A DNA stretch of 64,000 nucleotides from contig CAVZQC010000004.1 of NCBI GenBank assembly GCA_963777315.1, forward strand, positions 480,001 to 544,000, written 5' to 3'. Within the stretch, counting starts at the first letter, position 1, and every line of letters begins with the position of its first letter. The notes beneath the pieces were generated by a model. The model worked only from the letters and a program-made list of their open reading frames with translations, was not told the DNA's origin and did no database searches. The translations under genes were made by a program, and so were the position numbers. Below, in pieces: positions 31,253 through 41,638 of this stretch. Origin of the DNA: Vulcanimicrobiota bacterium (GTDB lineage: Bacteria > Vulcanimicrobiota > Vulcanimicrobiia > Vulcanimicrobiales > Vulcanimicrobiaceae).

Positions 31253-32304
31253 TGAGCGAACAGTCCGCGCGCGTCGAACGGTCCGGGCGATGCTTCGGGA
31301 TGAAACTGGACCGCTGCAACGGGCAGCTCGCGGTGCCGAAACCCTTCGTTGGTGCCGTCGTTGAGATTGATCATCGTTTGCTCGAGCGCGGCGGGCAGGC
31401 TTGCCGCGTCGACCGCATAGCCGTGATTGTGTGCGGTCACCATCACGTCGCCGTCCTGCACGTTCTTCACCGGCTGATTGCCGCCGCGATGCCCGTACGG
31501 CAATTTGAACGTTTGCGCACCGCACGCCAGCGCGAGCAGTTGATGTCCCAAACATACGCCGAACATCGGGCGTTTGCCCAGCAGCGAGCGCAGCGTTTCG
31601 ATCGTCTGCGCCAAGTCGGTCGGATCGCCCGGTCCGGGCGAGATGAATACCGCCTGCGGCGCGTGCTCCATGATTTGCTCGTGAGTCGCGTCGAACGGAA
31701 GGACGGCCACGGTCGCGCCGAGCGCGGTGAGTTCACGCACGATCGCCTTCTTCACACCGCAGTCCAGCAGCACGACACGAGGGCCGCCGCCGTTTCCTTC
31801 AACGTGTTCGACCTGCGTTGCAACGGTGGGCACCAGCGCTTTTGTGCTCGCTCCGCGCACGAACGCGGTCAGCCGCGCTTCGGCATCGGTCAGCGCGCTT
31901 TCGCCGACGGCCAGTGCCGCCCAAATGGTCCCGTGCTCGCGCAGCGCGATCGTGATGGATCGCGTGTCCGCGTCGATCATCGTGGGCACGCGCTGATCGT
32001 CCAGCCATGCGCCTAGGGTCATCGTGCTGCTGTAGTGCGAGGGGTGCCGGGCGATGCGTTTGATGACGGCGCCTGCAACGCACGCGCGCGGATACTGCGC
32101 GACGTCGCCCGAGATGCCGTAGTTGCCGATCATCGGATAGGTGAACGTCAGTATTTGACCCGCGTACGACGGATCCGTGAGTGCTTCTTCGTATCCCGTC
32201 ATGCCGGTGTAAAAGACCGCCTCTCCCAGGGCGACGCCTTCGTAATCCAACCCTACGCCGTCAAAGCGCGTGCCGTCGGCCAAAAACAATGCAGCGCGCT
32301 TCAC
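31219..32304 (-). CDS. carA: Carbamoyl-phosphate synthase small subunit
   Basis: GEAVFYTGMTGYEEALTDPSYAGQ, SPGPGDP, GVCLGHQ, QFHPEASPGP. Confidence 0.96.
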   Translation of the reverse strand: MKRAALFLADGTRFDGVGLDYEGVALGEAVFYTGMTGYEEALTDPSYAGQILTFTYPMIGNYGISGDVAQYPRACVAGAVIKRIARHPSHYSSTMTLGAWLDDQRVPTMIDADTRSITIALREHGTIWAALAVGESALTDAEARLTAFVRGASTKALVPTVATQVEHVEGNGGGPRVVLLDCGVKKAIVRELTALGATVAVLPFDATHEQIMEHAPQAVFISPGPGDPTDLAQTIETLRSLLGKRPMFGVCLGHQLLALACGAQTFKLPYGHRGGNQPVKNVQDGDVMVTAHNHGYAVDAASLPAALEQTMINLNDGTNEGFRHRELPVAAVQFHPEASPGPFDARGLFAQWLADLSLGSP

Positions 32305-33569
32305 GGTACGCGCTCCTGCTCCATCATCACGCGACCTGCAACGATTGTGGCCAGCGCGCGACGCGGCAGCATCATGCCGGCAAACGGCGTGGCGGTGCCT
32401 TTCGAGCGGAAGTTCTGCGGATCGACGCGCCACGGGCGGTCGGCGAACACCGTGACGTCGGCGGGCGATCCTCGCGAGAGGGTGCCGCCCGGAACGCCCA
32501 AAATGCGCGCGGGGTTCGTCGAACACATCGCGACGAATCGTTCCAGCGGCAAGTCCGCGACGGCCCCTGCATAGGCGCCCAGCGCGATCTCCAAGCCCGA
32601 AAATCCGACGGCTGCGCGCGCAATGTCCTCGTTTTTCTCCGCCGGCGTGTGTGGGGCGTGATCGGTAGCGAACGCGTCGATCTCGCCGCGGCGGACGGCC
32701 GCGCGCAAGGCGTCCACGTCGGTTTGCGATCGCAGCGGCGGATTGACTTTGGCGAGCGGACCGAGCCGCTCGATCAGCTCGTCGGTGAAGAAAAGGTGAT
32801 GCGGTGTGACCTCACAGGTGATTGCGGCGCCCCGGCTGCGCGCCGCAGCCAGGATTCCCAGCGCGCCTGCGCTGGAGAGATGCGCAACGTGCCAAGCCTT
32901 GCCGGTGTCTTGCGCGATGAGCGCGTCGCGCGCCACGATCACGTCCTCGGCTATCGACGGACTGCCGGTCAAGCCAAGCCTGTGCGAAACTGCGCCCTGG
33001 TTCATGACCGCATTGCCTTTGAGCGCTTCGTCTTCGCAATGCGCGATGAAGCAGCCCGCAACGTCGCGCGCCGCCAATGCCGCGCGGCGCAAAACGCCGG
33101 CATCCATCACCGTCGCGCCGTCGTCGCTGAAAGCGACCGCGCCTGCACGTGCGAGCGCGGCGTAATCCAAAATCGCGCGTCCCAGGCGCCCGCGCGTAAT
33201 GGCGGCGATCGGATAGACCCGGCAAGATGCGCCCAGTGCAAGCTGCTGCACTATCCCAATCGCTTCCGGGCTGTCCAACGGCGGATCGGTGTTGGGCATG
33301 GCGGCGACGGCGGTAAACCCGCCCGCAACGGCGGCTGCCGTACCGGTTTGAATCGTTTCCTTTTGCGGATCGCCCGGCTCGCGCAGATGCACGTGCATGT
33401 CGATGAATCCCGGCGCGACGTACGCGCCGCCCGCGTCCAAACACGGCTCGTCCGTGCCTGCTTCCAGGTGTTCTCCGATTTCGGCGATCACGTCGCCGTG
33501 AATGCGCACGTCGAGCGCCGAATCGATGCGTTGGCTCGGGTCTATCAGCCGGCCGTTGCGGATGAGCAT
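32301..33569 (-). CDS. pyrC: Dihydroorotase
   Basis: PGFIDMHVHLREPG, MPNT, HCED, EVTPHHL, KVNPPLR, ATDHAPH. Confidence 0.95.
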   Translation of the reverse strand: MLIRNGRLIDPSQRIDSALDVRIHGDVIAEIGEHLEAGTDEPCLDAGGAYVAPGFIDMHVHLREPGDPQKETIQTGTAAAVAGGFTAVAAMPNTDPPLDSPEAIGIVQQLALGASCRVYPIAAITRGRLGRAILDYAALARAGAVAFSDDGATVMDAGVLRRAALAARDVAGCFIAHCEDEALKGNAVMNQGAVSHRLGLTGSPSIAEDVIVARDALIAQDTGKAWHVAHLSSAGALGILAAARSRGAAITCEVTPHHLFFTDELIERLGPLAKVNPPLRSQTDVDALRAAVRRGEIDAFATDHAPHTPAEKNEDIARAAVGFSGLEIALGAYAGAVADLPLERFVAMCSTNPARILGVPGGTLSRGSPADVTVFADRPWRVDPQNFRSKGTATPFAGMMLPRRALATIVAGRVMMEQERVP

Positions 33570-33580
33570 TCGCGGGCGGA

Positions 33581-34499
33581 CTACTGCGCGACGAGCGCTC
33601 TCGCGCCGTTGATCAGAAAATCGAGCACTGCCATGCGCACGCTCACGCCGTGCATCACTTGACGCGCGTACCGCCATCCGGCAAACGTCAGCACCGAATC
33701 GTCGAGCTCGACGCCGCGATTGTACGGACCGGGGTGCATGACGATCGTCTCGTCGCGTACCCGAGCTGAGGCGCGCGGAATCCAAACGGTATTTAGAGAT
33801 GTACTCCTGGTCGGAAATCGGCATGTCGTCGAAGCGCTCGCGCTGAATCCGCAGCAGAACGATCGCGTCGACCTCGCCGAGCACCGCGTCGAAATTCCGC
33901 TCTACGCGCACGCCGGGCAGCATGAAATCGTCCGGTAAGAATCCCGGCGGTCCGACCAAAATCACCTGGGCGCCCAAGCTGTGCAGCCCCGCTATGCTCG
34001 AATGTGCGACCCGGCTGTGCAGGATGTCGCCGACGATCGCGATTTTGCGTCCGCGCAACTCGCCGAATTCCTCGCGCAGCGTATACAGATCCAACAGCGC
34101 TTGCGTGGGATGCGCGTGGCCTCCGTCGCCCGCGTTGATCACGTGCCCATCGAACACCAGCGCCACCCGCCGCGGAAAACCCGGTTCGGGATGCCTGATG
34201 ACGATGACGTTCACGCCCATCGCCGCCAAGGTTATCGCAGTGTCTTCAATCGTCTCGCCTTTGCTCAAGCTCGATTCTTTGGGCCAAATCGTGATGACGT
34301 CCGCGCCCAGGCGCTTTTGGGCGAGCGTGAACGACGTCATCGTGCGCGTGCTGTGTTCGAAAAACATGTTCACGCACGCGATGCCTTCCAGGATGCGGAC
34401 GGGACGCTCGCGTTCGAAGTCGGCGGTGCGCTCGAAGATGTAATCGATCTCCGCTGCGGTGAGATCGTCCAGATCGATGAGACTACGTCTGGTCCGCAA
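33581..34499 (-). CDS. pyrB: Aspartate carbamoyltransferase catalytic subunit; +1 frameshift at ~33768
   Basis: FFEHSTRT, KGETIEDT, HPTQALLD, GDILHSRVA, LRIQRER; corrected end IVMHPGPYNRGVE...VRMAVL. Confidence 0.93.
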
Positions 34500-35028
34500 C
34501 GATCGCCACCTCGTCGTCCGCGCAAAGCTCTGCATGCACGCTCACGACGACGCGCTCGCGCCGGCTTGTGGGGATGAACCGGCCCACGTAGTCGGCCTGA
34601 ATCGGCAGTTCGCGCAAGCCGCGGTCCACCAGAACGCAAAGCCGGACGGCGGCTGGACGCCCGAGATCCGTCACGGCGTCCAGCGCAGAGCGCACGGTCC
34701 GCCCGGTATAGAGCACGTCGTCCACAACGACGACGGTTTGACCCGTTACGTCACCCGGAATTTTCGATTCGGGCAGTTCGCGCGAAACTTCGTCGTCGCG
34801 ATACAAGTTGATGTTCAGAAAACCCAGCGGCGGTTTGTTCCCGCTGATGCGCTCGATGTGCGTTGCGACGCGCTGCGCGAGAGCTTCTCCTCCGCGGCGT
34901 ATGCCGATGAGGTACAGAGCGTCCTGCGCGTCCTGCGGTTCGAGTATTTGGTGCGCGAGGCGGGCGACGATGCGGTCGATCTCCGGCGGCTCGATCAACA
35001 CGCGCCGCTTTACGGTCGATGCCGTCAT
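34483..35028 (-). CDS. pyrR: Bifunctional pyr regulator / uracil phosphoribosyltransferase
   Basis: RLAHQILE, GIRRGG, LYRDD, VDDVLYTGRTVRSAL, LVDRGLRELPIQADYVG. Confidence 0.95.
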   Translation of the reverse strand: MTASTVKRRVLIEPPEIDRIVARLAHQILEPQDAQDALYLIGIRRGGEALAQRVATHIERISGNKPPLGFLNINLYRDDEVSRELPESKIPGDVTGQTVVVVDDVLYTGRTVRSALDAVTDLGRPAAVRLCVLVDRGLRELPIQADYVGRFIPTSRRERVVVSVHAELCADDEVAIVADQT

Positions 35029-37638
35029 CAGCTCACTCCCATGGCTTCGAGCGCAGCTTCGACGCGGGCCAGCTGCTCGCGATAGCCGCGCAGTTTATCG
35101 CGTTCCTTCGCCACTACTTCATGCCTGGCATTTGCCACGAAACGCTCGTCGGCCAGTTTCTGCTCTCCCCGGCTGACCTCGGCGCGCAGCTGCACGGCCT
35201 CCTTTTTATAGCGTTCGACGAGCACGCCCTCCGGAGCCGCGCCTTGAACCGCCGCCAATGCCTGCTCGACGGTGGCCGCAGGCGTCTGCGTGAGCGACGG
35301 CTCGCCGCCGGTGTACGTAGCCAGCAGCGATGCCAGCGCCTGCGGGAGCGCGCGCGGCACCAGCAACGTCAGCGTATCGCGGCGCTGCAAACCCATTTCT
35401 GCGCGCAGATTGCGCAGCCGCTCGACCGCGGCTCGCAACGCTTCGAAGATCTCGGCGGCGTCGCGATCCACCGGAACCTCGGCCGGATCGGGCCACGCCG
35501 CCGTTACGATCGTTTCACCGTCGTGCGGCAGGCGCAGCCAAATCTCTTCGGTGATGAACGGTTCGATCGGGTGAAGCAGACGCATCGCGTTGTTCATGAC
35601 GAACGACAGCACGGCCGCGCGCGTGCGTGCAGCGTACGGATCTTTGGTCGACTCCAAGTACCAGTCGCACAGTTCGTACCATACGAACCGCCATAGCGTT
35701 TCGGCCACCGCGCCGAAATCGTAGCCGTCCAAGCCGCGCGTGACCGTTACGATGGTGTCGTGCAGCCGCGCGAGTATCCATTTGTCCGCGAGGGTCATTT
35801 GCTCGGAAGGCGGCAAGGTCATTGCGCCGGGCAATCCTTCGGGCAGCTTGAGCAGCGCGTAGCGCAGCGCGTTCCACATCTTGTTGTTGAAGTTGCGCGC
35901 TTCCTGACAGCGGGATTCGTGAAAACGCACTTCCTGGCCCTCGATGCGCATCTGGCGCATCATCCCCATGCGGAACGCGTCGGCACCGTATTTTTCAACC
36001 AGCGAGAGCGGATCGATCGCGTTGCCGAGCGATTTGCTCATCTTGCGGCCCTTCGCGTCGAAGACCAGCGGCGCGACGAATACGTCGCGAAAGGGAACCT
36101 CGCCCATGAACCGCAGGCCGAGCATCACCATGCGCGCCACCCACAAGAAGATGATCTCCCAACCGGTGACGAGCACTTGCGAGGGGTACCAGTGCTCGAG
36201 TTCGGGGGTGTGCTCGGGCCAGCCCAAAATCGAAAACGGCCACAGCGCACTGGAAAACCACGTGTCGAGCGTATCCGGGTCGCGCGTGAGAACGACGTCG
36301 GGCCCGTACTGTTCGCGAGCGATGCCGTAGGCTTCGTGCTCGGTTTGCGCTACGATGACGCCCCCATCGGGCGCGTACCAGACCGGCAGCTGATGGCCCC
36401 ACCACACTTGCCGCGAGACGTTCCAGTCGCGAATGTTTTCTAACCACTGTTCGTACGTGCGGCCGTACCGCTGCGGAACGAACCGCACGCGTCCTTGGCG
36501 ATACGCCTGCAGCGCGGGTTGCGCGAGCGGCTTCATGGCGACGAACCACTGCAGCATCAGCAGCGGTTCGATGACTTCGCCGGTGCGTTCGCTCACCGCG
36601 ACCGCGTGGCGGTGCGCGCGCTCTTCGACCAGCAATCCGAGTTCGCGCAGATCGTCCACTATCGCCTTACGCGCGTCGTAGCGATCCATTCCTTCGTATT
36701 TGCCCACCGGTACGTCCGCTGCAGTGATCCGCGCGTCCAGCGCAAGCACACCTGGCATCGCCAAACCATGGCGCCGTCCGATGTCGTAGTCCGTCGGATC
36801 GTGTCCCGGCGTGACTTTGACCGCACCGGTTCCGAAATCGGGTTCTACGGCGGCATCGGCAAGGACGGGAATCGATCGCTGCAGCAACGGCGGCACGAGC
36901 ACGATCTTGCCGACGAACGCGCGGTACCGTTCGTCGTCGGGATGCACCGCGATCGCGACGTCGGCCAGCATGGTTTCGGGCCTGGTGGTTGCAACTTCGA
37001 TCGCGCCGTTACCGTCCGCGAACGGATAGCGCACGCGCCACAACGTCGCGTCGCGTTCGACGTGCTCGACCTCGGCGTCGGAAATCGTCGTTTGAGCTTT
37101 GGGATCCCAATTGATCAGGCGCTTGCCGCGATAGACCAAGCCTTGGCGGTACAGACTCGACAAAAACGCGGCGCACCGCCGCGGAAAGGCCTTCGTCCAT
37201 CGTGAACCGGCTGCGCGCCCAATCTGGGCCGAAACCCAGTTTGCGGAATTGACCGTCGATCGTTCCGCCGTATTCGCGGGCCCAGCTCCACGCGCGCTCG
37301 AGATACCGTTCGCGGCCGAGCGACTCACGGCTCCGGCCCTCTTTGGCAAGCTCCTTGACCAGCACGGCTTCGGTCGCAAGCGCGGCGTGATCCGTACCGG
37401 GAAGCCAGTCGGCGTTGTCGCCGAGCATTCGCCGGTAACGGACCAGCGCGTCCATCGGCGCATACGTCGACCCATGTCCCAAATGCGCGCGCCCCGTGAC
37501 GTTGGGCGGCGGCATACAGATGATGAACGGCGGCCGCGCGGGATCGGGTTCTTCGTGAAAGTAGCCGGCGCGTTCCCAGCGCGCGTACAGACGCTCTTCG
37601 ACCGCTTTGGGATCGTAGTGTTCGGGAAGCTCGGTCAC
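35028..37638 (-). CDS. valS: Valine-tRNA ligase; +1 frameshift at ~37155, probably a sequencing error
   Basis: PPPNVTGRAHLGH, ATTRPET, GTGAVKVTP, DTWFSSALWPF, KMSKS, C-terminal coiled coil; corrected junction FVELYRQG. Confidence 0.95.
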
Positions 37639-37700
37639 CGCTTGCCAGTGTTCTCAGAGGGTGCGCGGTTGTCTTGCCGGCCCGCGCGCCGCCGCGGACG

Positions 37701-38096
37701 TTACTCCGCCAGCGAACCGCGCAGCCGCACGTCCGTGTATTCGCCCGTGTCGACCATTTGGCGCAAGCCCGCCACTATCTCGTCGCGATCCGCTGCTTTG
37801 GCCAGCACGGCGTTTGCCCCTGAAAAATGGCACGCTTTGGCCCATTCCGTGCTGTGCGTGCTCGTGTACACCGCGATCAACGCTTTGGGCAGCAACGTGC
37901 GCAGCAGCGTGATGAACTTGAGCGGCTCCTGCGAAGAAAAATCGACGTCGATGAAAACCAGGTCCGGAGTCTCTTCGAGCAGCTGGCGAAAATTTGCGTC
38001 GCCCGAAAATCGATCGACGGTCAGGCCGAGCTCGCGGAACACTTCGGTCAGGCTGGAAATGAACAGTTCCTGCGGCTCGATGACGTGGACTCTCAT
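37701..38096 (-). CDS. Stand-alone atypical receiver (REC) domain protein
   Basis: VIEPQELF...PDLVFIDVD...VYT...GANAVLAK; no output domain. Confidence 0.8.
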   Translation of the reverse strand: MRVHVIEPQELFISSLTEVFRELGLTVDRFSGDANFRQLLEETPDLVFIDVDFSSQEPLKFITLLRTLLPKALIAVYTSTHSTEWAKACHFSGANAVLAKAADRDEIVAGLRQMVDTGEYTDVRLRGSLAE

Positions 38097-38117
38097 TGCA
38101 CACACCCGGGGCAAGAC

Positions 38118-38146
38118 ATTATAAACCCGGTTTGCGTGAAACCGGG
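38118..38146 (-). promoter_or_regulatory. TATAAT -10 box next to an 8-bp inverted repeat (operator or weak terminator)
   Basis: Minus strand CCCGGTTT-cacgc-AAACCGGG-tt-TATAAT, about 20 nt upstream of the receiver gene ATG. Confidence 0.5.
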
Positions 38147-38385
38147 CGGCTGCCCTCTAAAGCTGCAGAACTTCTTCACGCTACCTCGATGCTGGCGCGC
38201 TATTGCACGCCCATCAATGGTAGGTGGCTGATGAACCTTGCGGCCAGATGGGTATGGTCCCAGGCCGTTGAGAAAAACGTCGCCTCTGTGACGGTGCCTT
38301 CGCTTTGGATCTTTTACCGGGAGCCCTGTCACAGGACGACCGGCGCGCCAAGCGTCGATCGTCCCGAAGACCGGCTGCTAAAGCG

Positions 38386-39024
38386 TCAGACCAAGCCCAT
38401 CTTGATGGCGTGCACCGCCGCTTGGGTTCGCGCGTAGATGTTCAACTTGGAAAAGATGCGGCTGACGTGGTTCTTGATCGTCTTTTCCGAAAGGTGCAAT
38501 CGAGCACTAATTTGCTTGTTGGACAAGCCTTCGGCGATGAGCCGGATGACTTCGGTTTCGCGCACCGAAAGTTCGCTGGGGTCGGGCCGCCCGTTGCTCA
38601 TGCTGCGGCGACGCAGCAATCCGCCCGCGACGCGCGGATCGACGTACGTTTCGCCCGCGGCGACCATTTTGACGGCGCGGATCAGCTCGCTGGGCGTTAC
38701 GTCTTTGACGATGTAACCCTCGGCGCCGGCGGCCAGGCAGCACTGCATCATTTCGGCCTGAGGGCGCATCGACAATATGCAGACGCGAGCGTCCGGCACG
38801 GTTTCGCGGCACAGCGTAAGCGCTTCTCCGACCTCGAGATTGCTGCCGTCGACGTCGATCAAAATCAAATCCGGGCGAGCTTTGGCAAGCGCTGCTGCGT
38901 AAACGGTCGGCGAGTCTCCGACGATTTGGAGCGACGGATCCATGGAAAATACTTGGCACAGTGCCTTCGCGAAGAGCACCTGGCCTTCAACTACGTAAAT
39001 GCGGGCCGTTTGAGTTGTAATCAC
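38386..39024 (-). CDS. NarL/LuxR-family response regulator with atypical receiver
   Basis: IYVVEG...PDLILIDVD...GAEGYIVK receiver; LSVRETEVIRLIAEGLSNKQIS..LSEKTIKNHVSRIFSKL HTH. Confidence 0.92.
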   Translation of the reverse strand: MITTQTARIYVVEGQVLFAKALCQVFSMDPSLQIVGDSPTVYAAALAKARPDLILIDVDGSNLEVGEALTLCRETVPDARVCILSMRPQAEMMQCCLAAGAEGYIVKDVTPSELIRAVKMVAAGETYVDPRVAGGLLRRRSMSNGRPDPSELSVRETEVIRLIAEGLSNKQISARLHLSEKTIKNHVSRIFSKLNIYARTQAAVHAIKMGLV

Positions 39025-39272
39025 GCTACTTCTTCCCCCTTGAAGAAAACGCACTAGAGTATTGGGTAGTTAGACCGAGGCCTAGTCTTCTAAGTCGGGA
39101 CCAGAGGCCGTGTCCGGGACACCTTTCCCACTTTAACACTATTTTCGCAAAACTCGGGCCAATCGGGCTAAAAATGAGTCCAAGCGACCATCCGCGGCCC
39201 TAGCCGCGCGCACTGGAAGTCCCGCCGAAACGCCCGGAGCCCGGGAATATCCGCCCGGGCTGGCCGGTGCAG

Positions 39273-40649
39273 CTAACCGTGGGAACGGCCAGGTGCCGAG
39301 CGCCCAGCAGAGCTCCAGACGGCTTGCAGTCGCCCCATGGCCGGCCGGACGCTGTATTCGCGCTCGATGAACTGGGCGGCATCGCGTTGCGGCCCCAGCG
39401 TTCCGGCGCAATGGCGGGCATACAGTCCCGCGACGATTTCCCGCACGAGTCCCATCGGGGCCGCTGCAGCGACGTATGGGAACGACTGCGTCCAAACGAC
39501 GTGACGGCCAAAGCTGAGAGCCTCGAGCACCATAAGCGATAGTCCGTCGCGCCGATCGACGAGCCGAACCAGAACGGTCGCTTGGGGATAAATCGCCTCC
39601 AAAGAGTGCTGCCATCCTAGATTGACGGCCTCCACACCGTCCGGGATCTCGAGCGCGCCGCCGCCCACGATGAGGTAACGTATTTCCGCGCCAAGCGTTT
39701 CGCGCATGAGCTCTCGGATCACGTCCCTGCCGTAATGCTCCCCTCGGGTGGCCGGCACGTACAACAGTACCGTGAAGCGCTCGGGCAATGCTGGGACTTC
39801 GCGAGCGGTGAACCGCGGCGGCAAGCTGGCAATCTGCGTCCGAAGTCCTAGGCGGTTTAGCGGCTCGGCCATCCATGCGGTTTCTGCTAAGTGCCGCATG
39901 TATGGGCCGCGGCAGCCGCTGGTGGTCTCGATTCCGCGCTCGACGAGTTCCACGTCGCGTCCTACCCAGTGCACGATGCGTTTCTTACCGATGCTTCGCG
40001 CAATCGGTGCGAGCCAGCGCTCGTGGGGAGGGCCGCCGATCGAATACCACACGTTCGAAAGCACCATGACGACTATCGACGTCGCGTGATCGAGTTTTGA
40101 ATCGAAACGCAGCAGATGCGGCTCCCACTGCTGCGGGAACAGCTCCTCGGTGTAGCGCGCCACGGCGGATGCAAAAACGTCAAACCCGCTCACTGCCAGC
40201 CGGGGAACGGCGCGCTCGCGCGGCACCCGTTGCTGCACGACGCTGTCCAGAAAACGCGGCATGTCGCCATCGTCGCAAACAAGGGATGCCGGCAATCCCA
40301 TAGCTCCCAGCGCTTCAACGAGCGCGTCATCGCGCGCGGCGTGCGCCATCGGCTGCGTCTTGAGTGCCTCGGCCAGCACCGGGCGGTTTGCCACGTTCGC
40401 GACCGACTGCGCCGACCACAGTATTACGAGCGGAATGGCTCGCGCTCGCGCCACCTCGCAGATTAACAGCGCAGGTAGTCCTGCGCCGGTCCAAAGGAAC
40501 GCGTCGCAGCGCATTCCGTAGACGGCCGCACATATTTGCGCCAAGGGCGAATCCGAGAACGCTCGCGCGCGCCATTGGCCGCTTCGCCTATTCAGGACAC
40601 GGGCCGTCCGCCGCGCTGTTGACCGCGTACCGATGACTACAGCTTGCAT
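39273..40649 (-). CDS. Glycosyltransferase-like protein (GT-B/GT4-like), partial plus full domain
   Basis: HWVGRDV, VNLGWQ, DGLSLMVLEALSFGR; paralog of 55611-57481. Confidence 0.7.
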   Translation of the reverse strand: MQAVVIGTRSTARRTARVLNRRSGQWRARAFSDSPLAQICAAVYGMRCDAFLWTGAGLPALLICEVARARAIPLVILWSAQSVANVANRPVLAEALKTQPMAHAARDDALVEALGAMGLPASLVCDDGDMPRFLDSVVQQRVPRERAVPRLAVSGFDVFASAVARYTEELFPQQWEPHLLRFDSKLDHATSIVVMVLSNVWYSIGGPPHERWLAPIARSIGKKRIVHWVGRDVELVERGIETTSGCRGPYMRHLAETAWMAEPLNRLGLRTQIASLPPRFTAREVPALPERFTVLLYVPATRGEHYGRDVIRELMRETLGAEIRYLIVGGGALEIPDGVEAVNLGWQHSLEAIYPQATVLVRLVDRRDGLSLMVLEALSFGRHVVWTQSFPYVAAAAPMGLVREIVAGLYARHCAGTLGPQRDAAQFIEREYSVRPAMGRLQAVWSSAGRSAPGRSHG

Positions 40650-40693
40650 ACGGTCCAGAAGCATTCAAGCACGCGCGACGAACACTTGTAACG

Positions 40694-41638
40694 ATGCAAA
40701 CGGTCGTTCCGGGAAAGCGCGTGCGGATTTCGGTGATCGTGCGCTCCAAAGGCGATCGGGCGCGAAAAGCGACGCTTCAGCGCGCAATCGCATCGGTATT
40801 GTCGCAAACCGGCGTCGACGTCGAAGTCATTGCCATACTCAACGGGTCCAATTACGATTCCGGCGTCGTCGCGTGGCTGCAGGGCGACGAGCGCATCGTA
40901 TGCCGGGTCTTTCCAGGCCCCGACAAACCGGCTGCAACGGCGCTTGGACGCGCGCTCGTAACGGGGCAGTTCTTCACGTACCTGGATGACGATGACGAGT
41001 TTTTGGAGGACGCGCTGGCGCGGCGGGCCGCCGTACTGCTCGAGCGGCCCGAAGCGGATTGCGTTGCAACCAACGGCTACTGCATCGATGGCGGGAAGTC
41101 CCGAATCGCGTACCCCGATTGCGCGGACTTTCGCGAATCGTTCGTCGAGCCGCTGCTGCGCGGGCACAATTGGCTCACGTCCTGCGGCACGCTGTTTCGC
41201 ACTTCGAGCGTAAGTTTGCCTTACTTCGAGCATCTCACCAAGCACTGCGAATGGACGCTGATCGGCTTTCGCATTGCCTCTAGGCTGCGAGTCGCTTTTC
41301 TGAACGAGCCGACGTTCCGCGTGTACAATACGCCCATTTCCGAATCGAAAACCCTTGCGTACGTCGAAACGGTGCCCCTGGTATTCACTAAGATGCTGGA
41401 GTGGAACCGCGATCGCCGCTTCGTGCGCCCGATACGGCGGTGCAGGTCGATCGCGTTTCACGACGCATGCTCGTACTATCGCATTAGCGGCGGCTTCGGT
41501 CGCGCGTGGACGTTTCACGTGAAAAGCGTGCTGGAAGTGGGTGGGTGGCGCTACGTCCCCTACACCCTTTTGCTGCTGTGCCGGTTTCGGCTGCCGGTGC
41601 AGGCGATTCCGCTGCTCGGCCCCGTGTTCAAGAGCTAG
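40694..41638 (+). CDS. Glycosyltransferase family 2
   Basis: ISVIV, RAIASVLSQ, ILNGS, FFTYLDDDD (DXD motif). Confidence 0.88.
   Translation: MQTVVPGKRVRISVIVRSKGDRARKATLQRAIASVLSQTGVDVEVIAILNGSNYDSGVVAWLQGDERIVCRVFPGPDKPAATALGRALVTGQFFTYLDDDDEFLEDALARRAAVLLERPEADCVATNGYCIDGGKSRIAYPDCADFRESFVEPLLRGHNWLTSCGTLFRTSSVSLPYFEHLTKHCEWTLIGFRIASRLRVAFLNEPTFRVYNTPISESKTLAYVETVPLVFTKMLEWNRDRRFVRPIRRCRSIAFHDACSYYRISGGFGRAWTFHVKSVLEVGGWRYVPYTLLLLCRFRLPVQAIPLLGPVFKS

Noticed and set aside
32301..34535. Apparent 744-aa PyrB-PyrC fusion
   Set aside because: The linker is the PyrB C-terminus read out of frame after the extra base at 33768. The correct frame has MHPGP and its own stop at 33581.
35028..37638. 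valS, pknB, pbpA, pyrB, fkbH and the oxidoreductase as pseudogenes or programmed frameshifts
   Set aside because: Each has a single indel with no other decay, there are no shared slippery heptamers, and the motif occurs on either strand relative to the gene. A sequencing artefact is much more likely.
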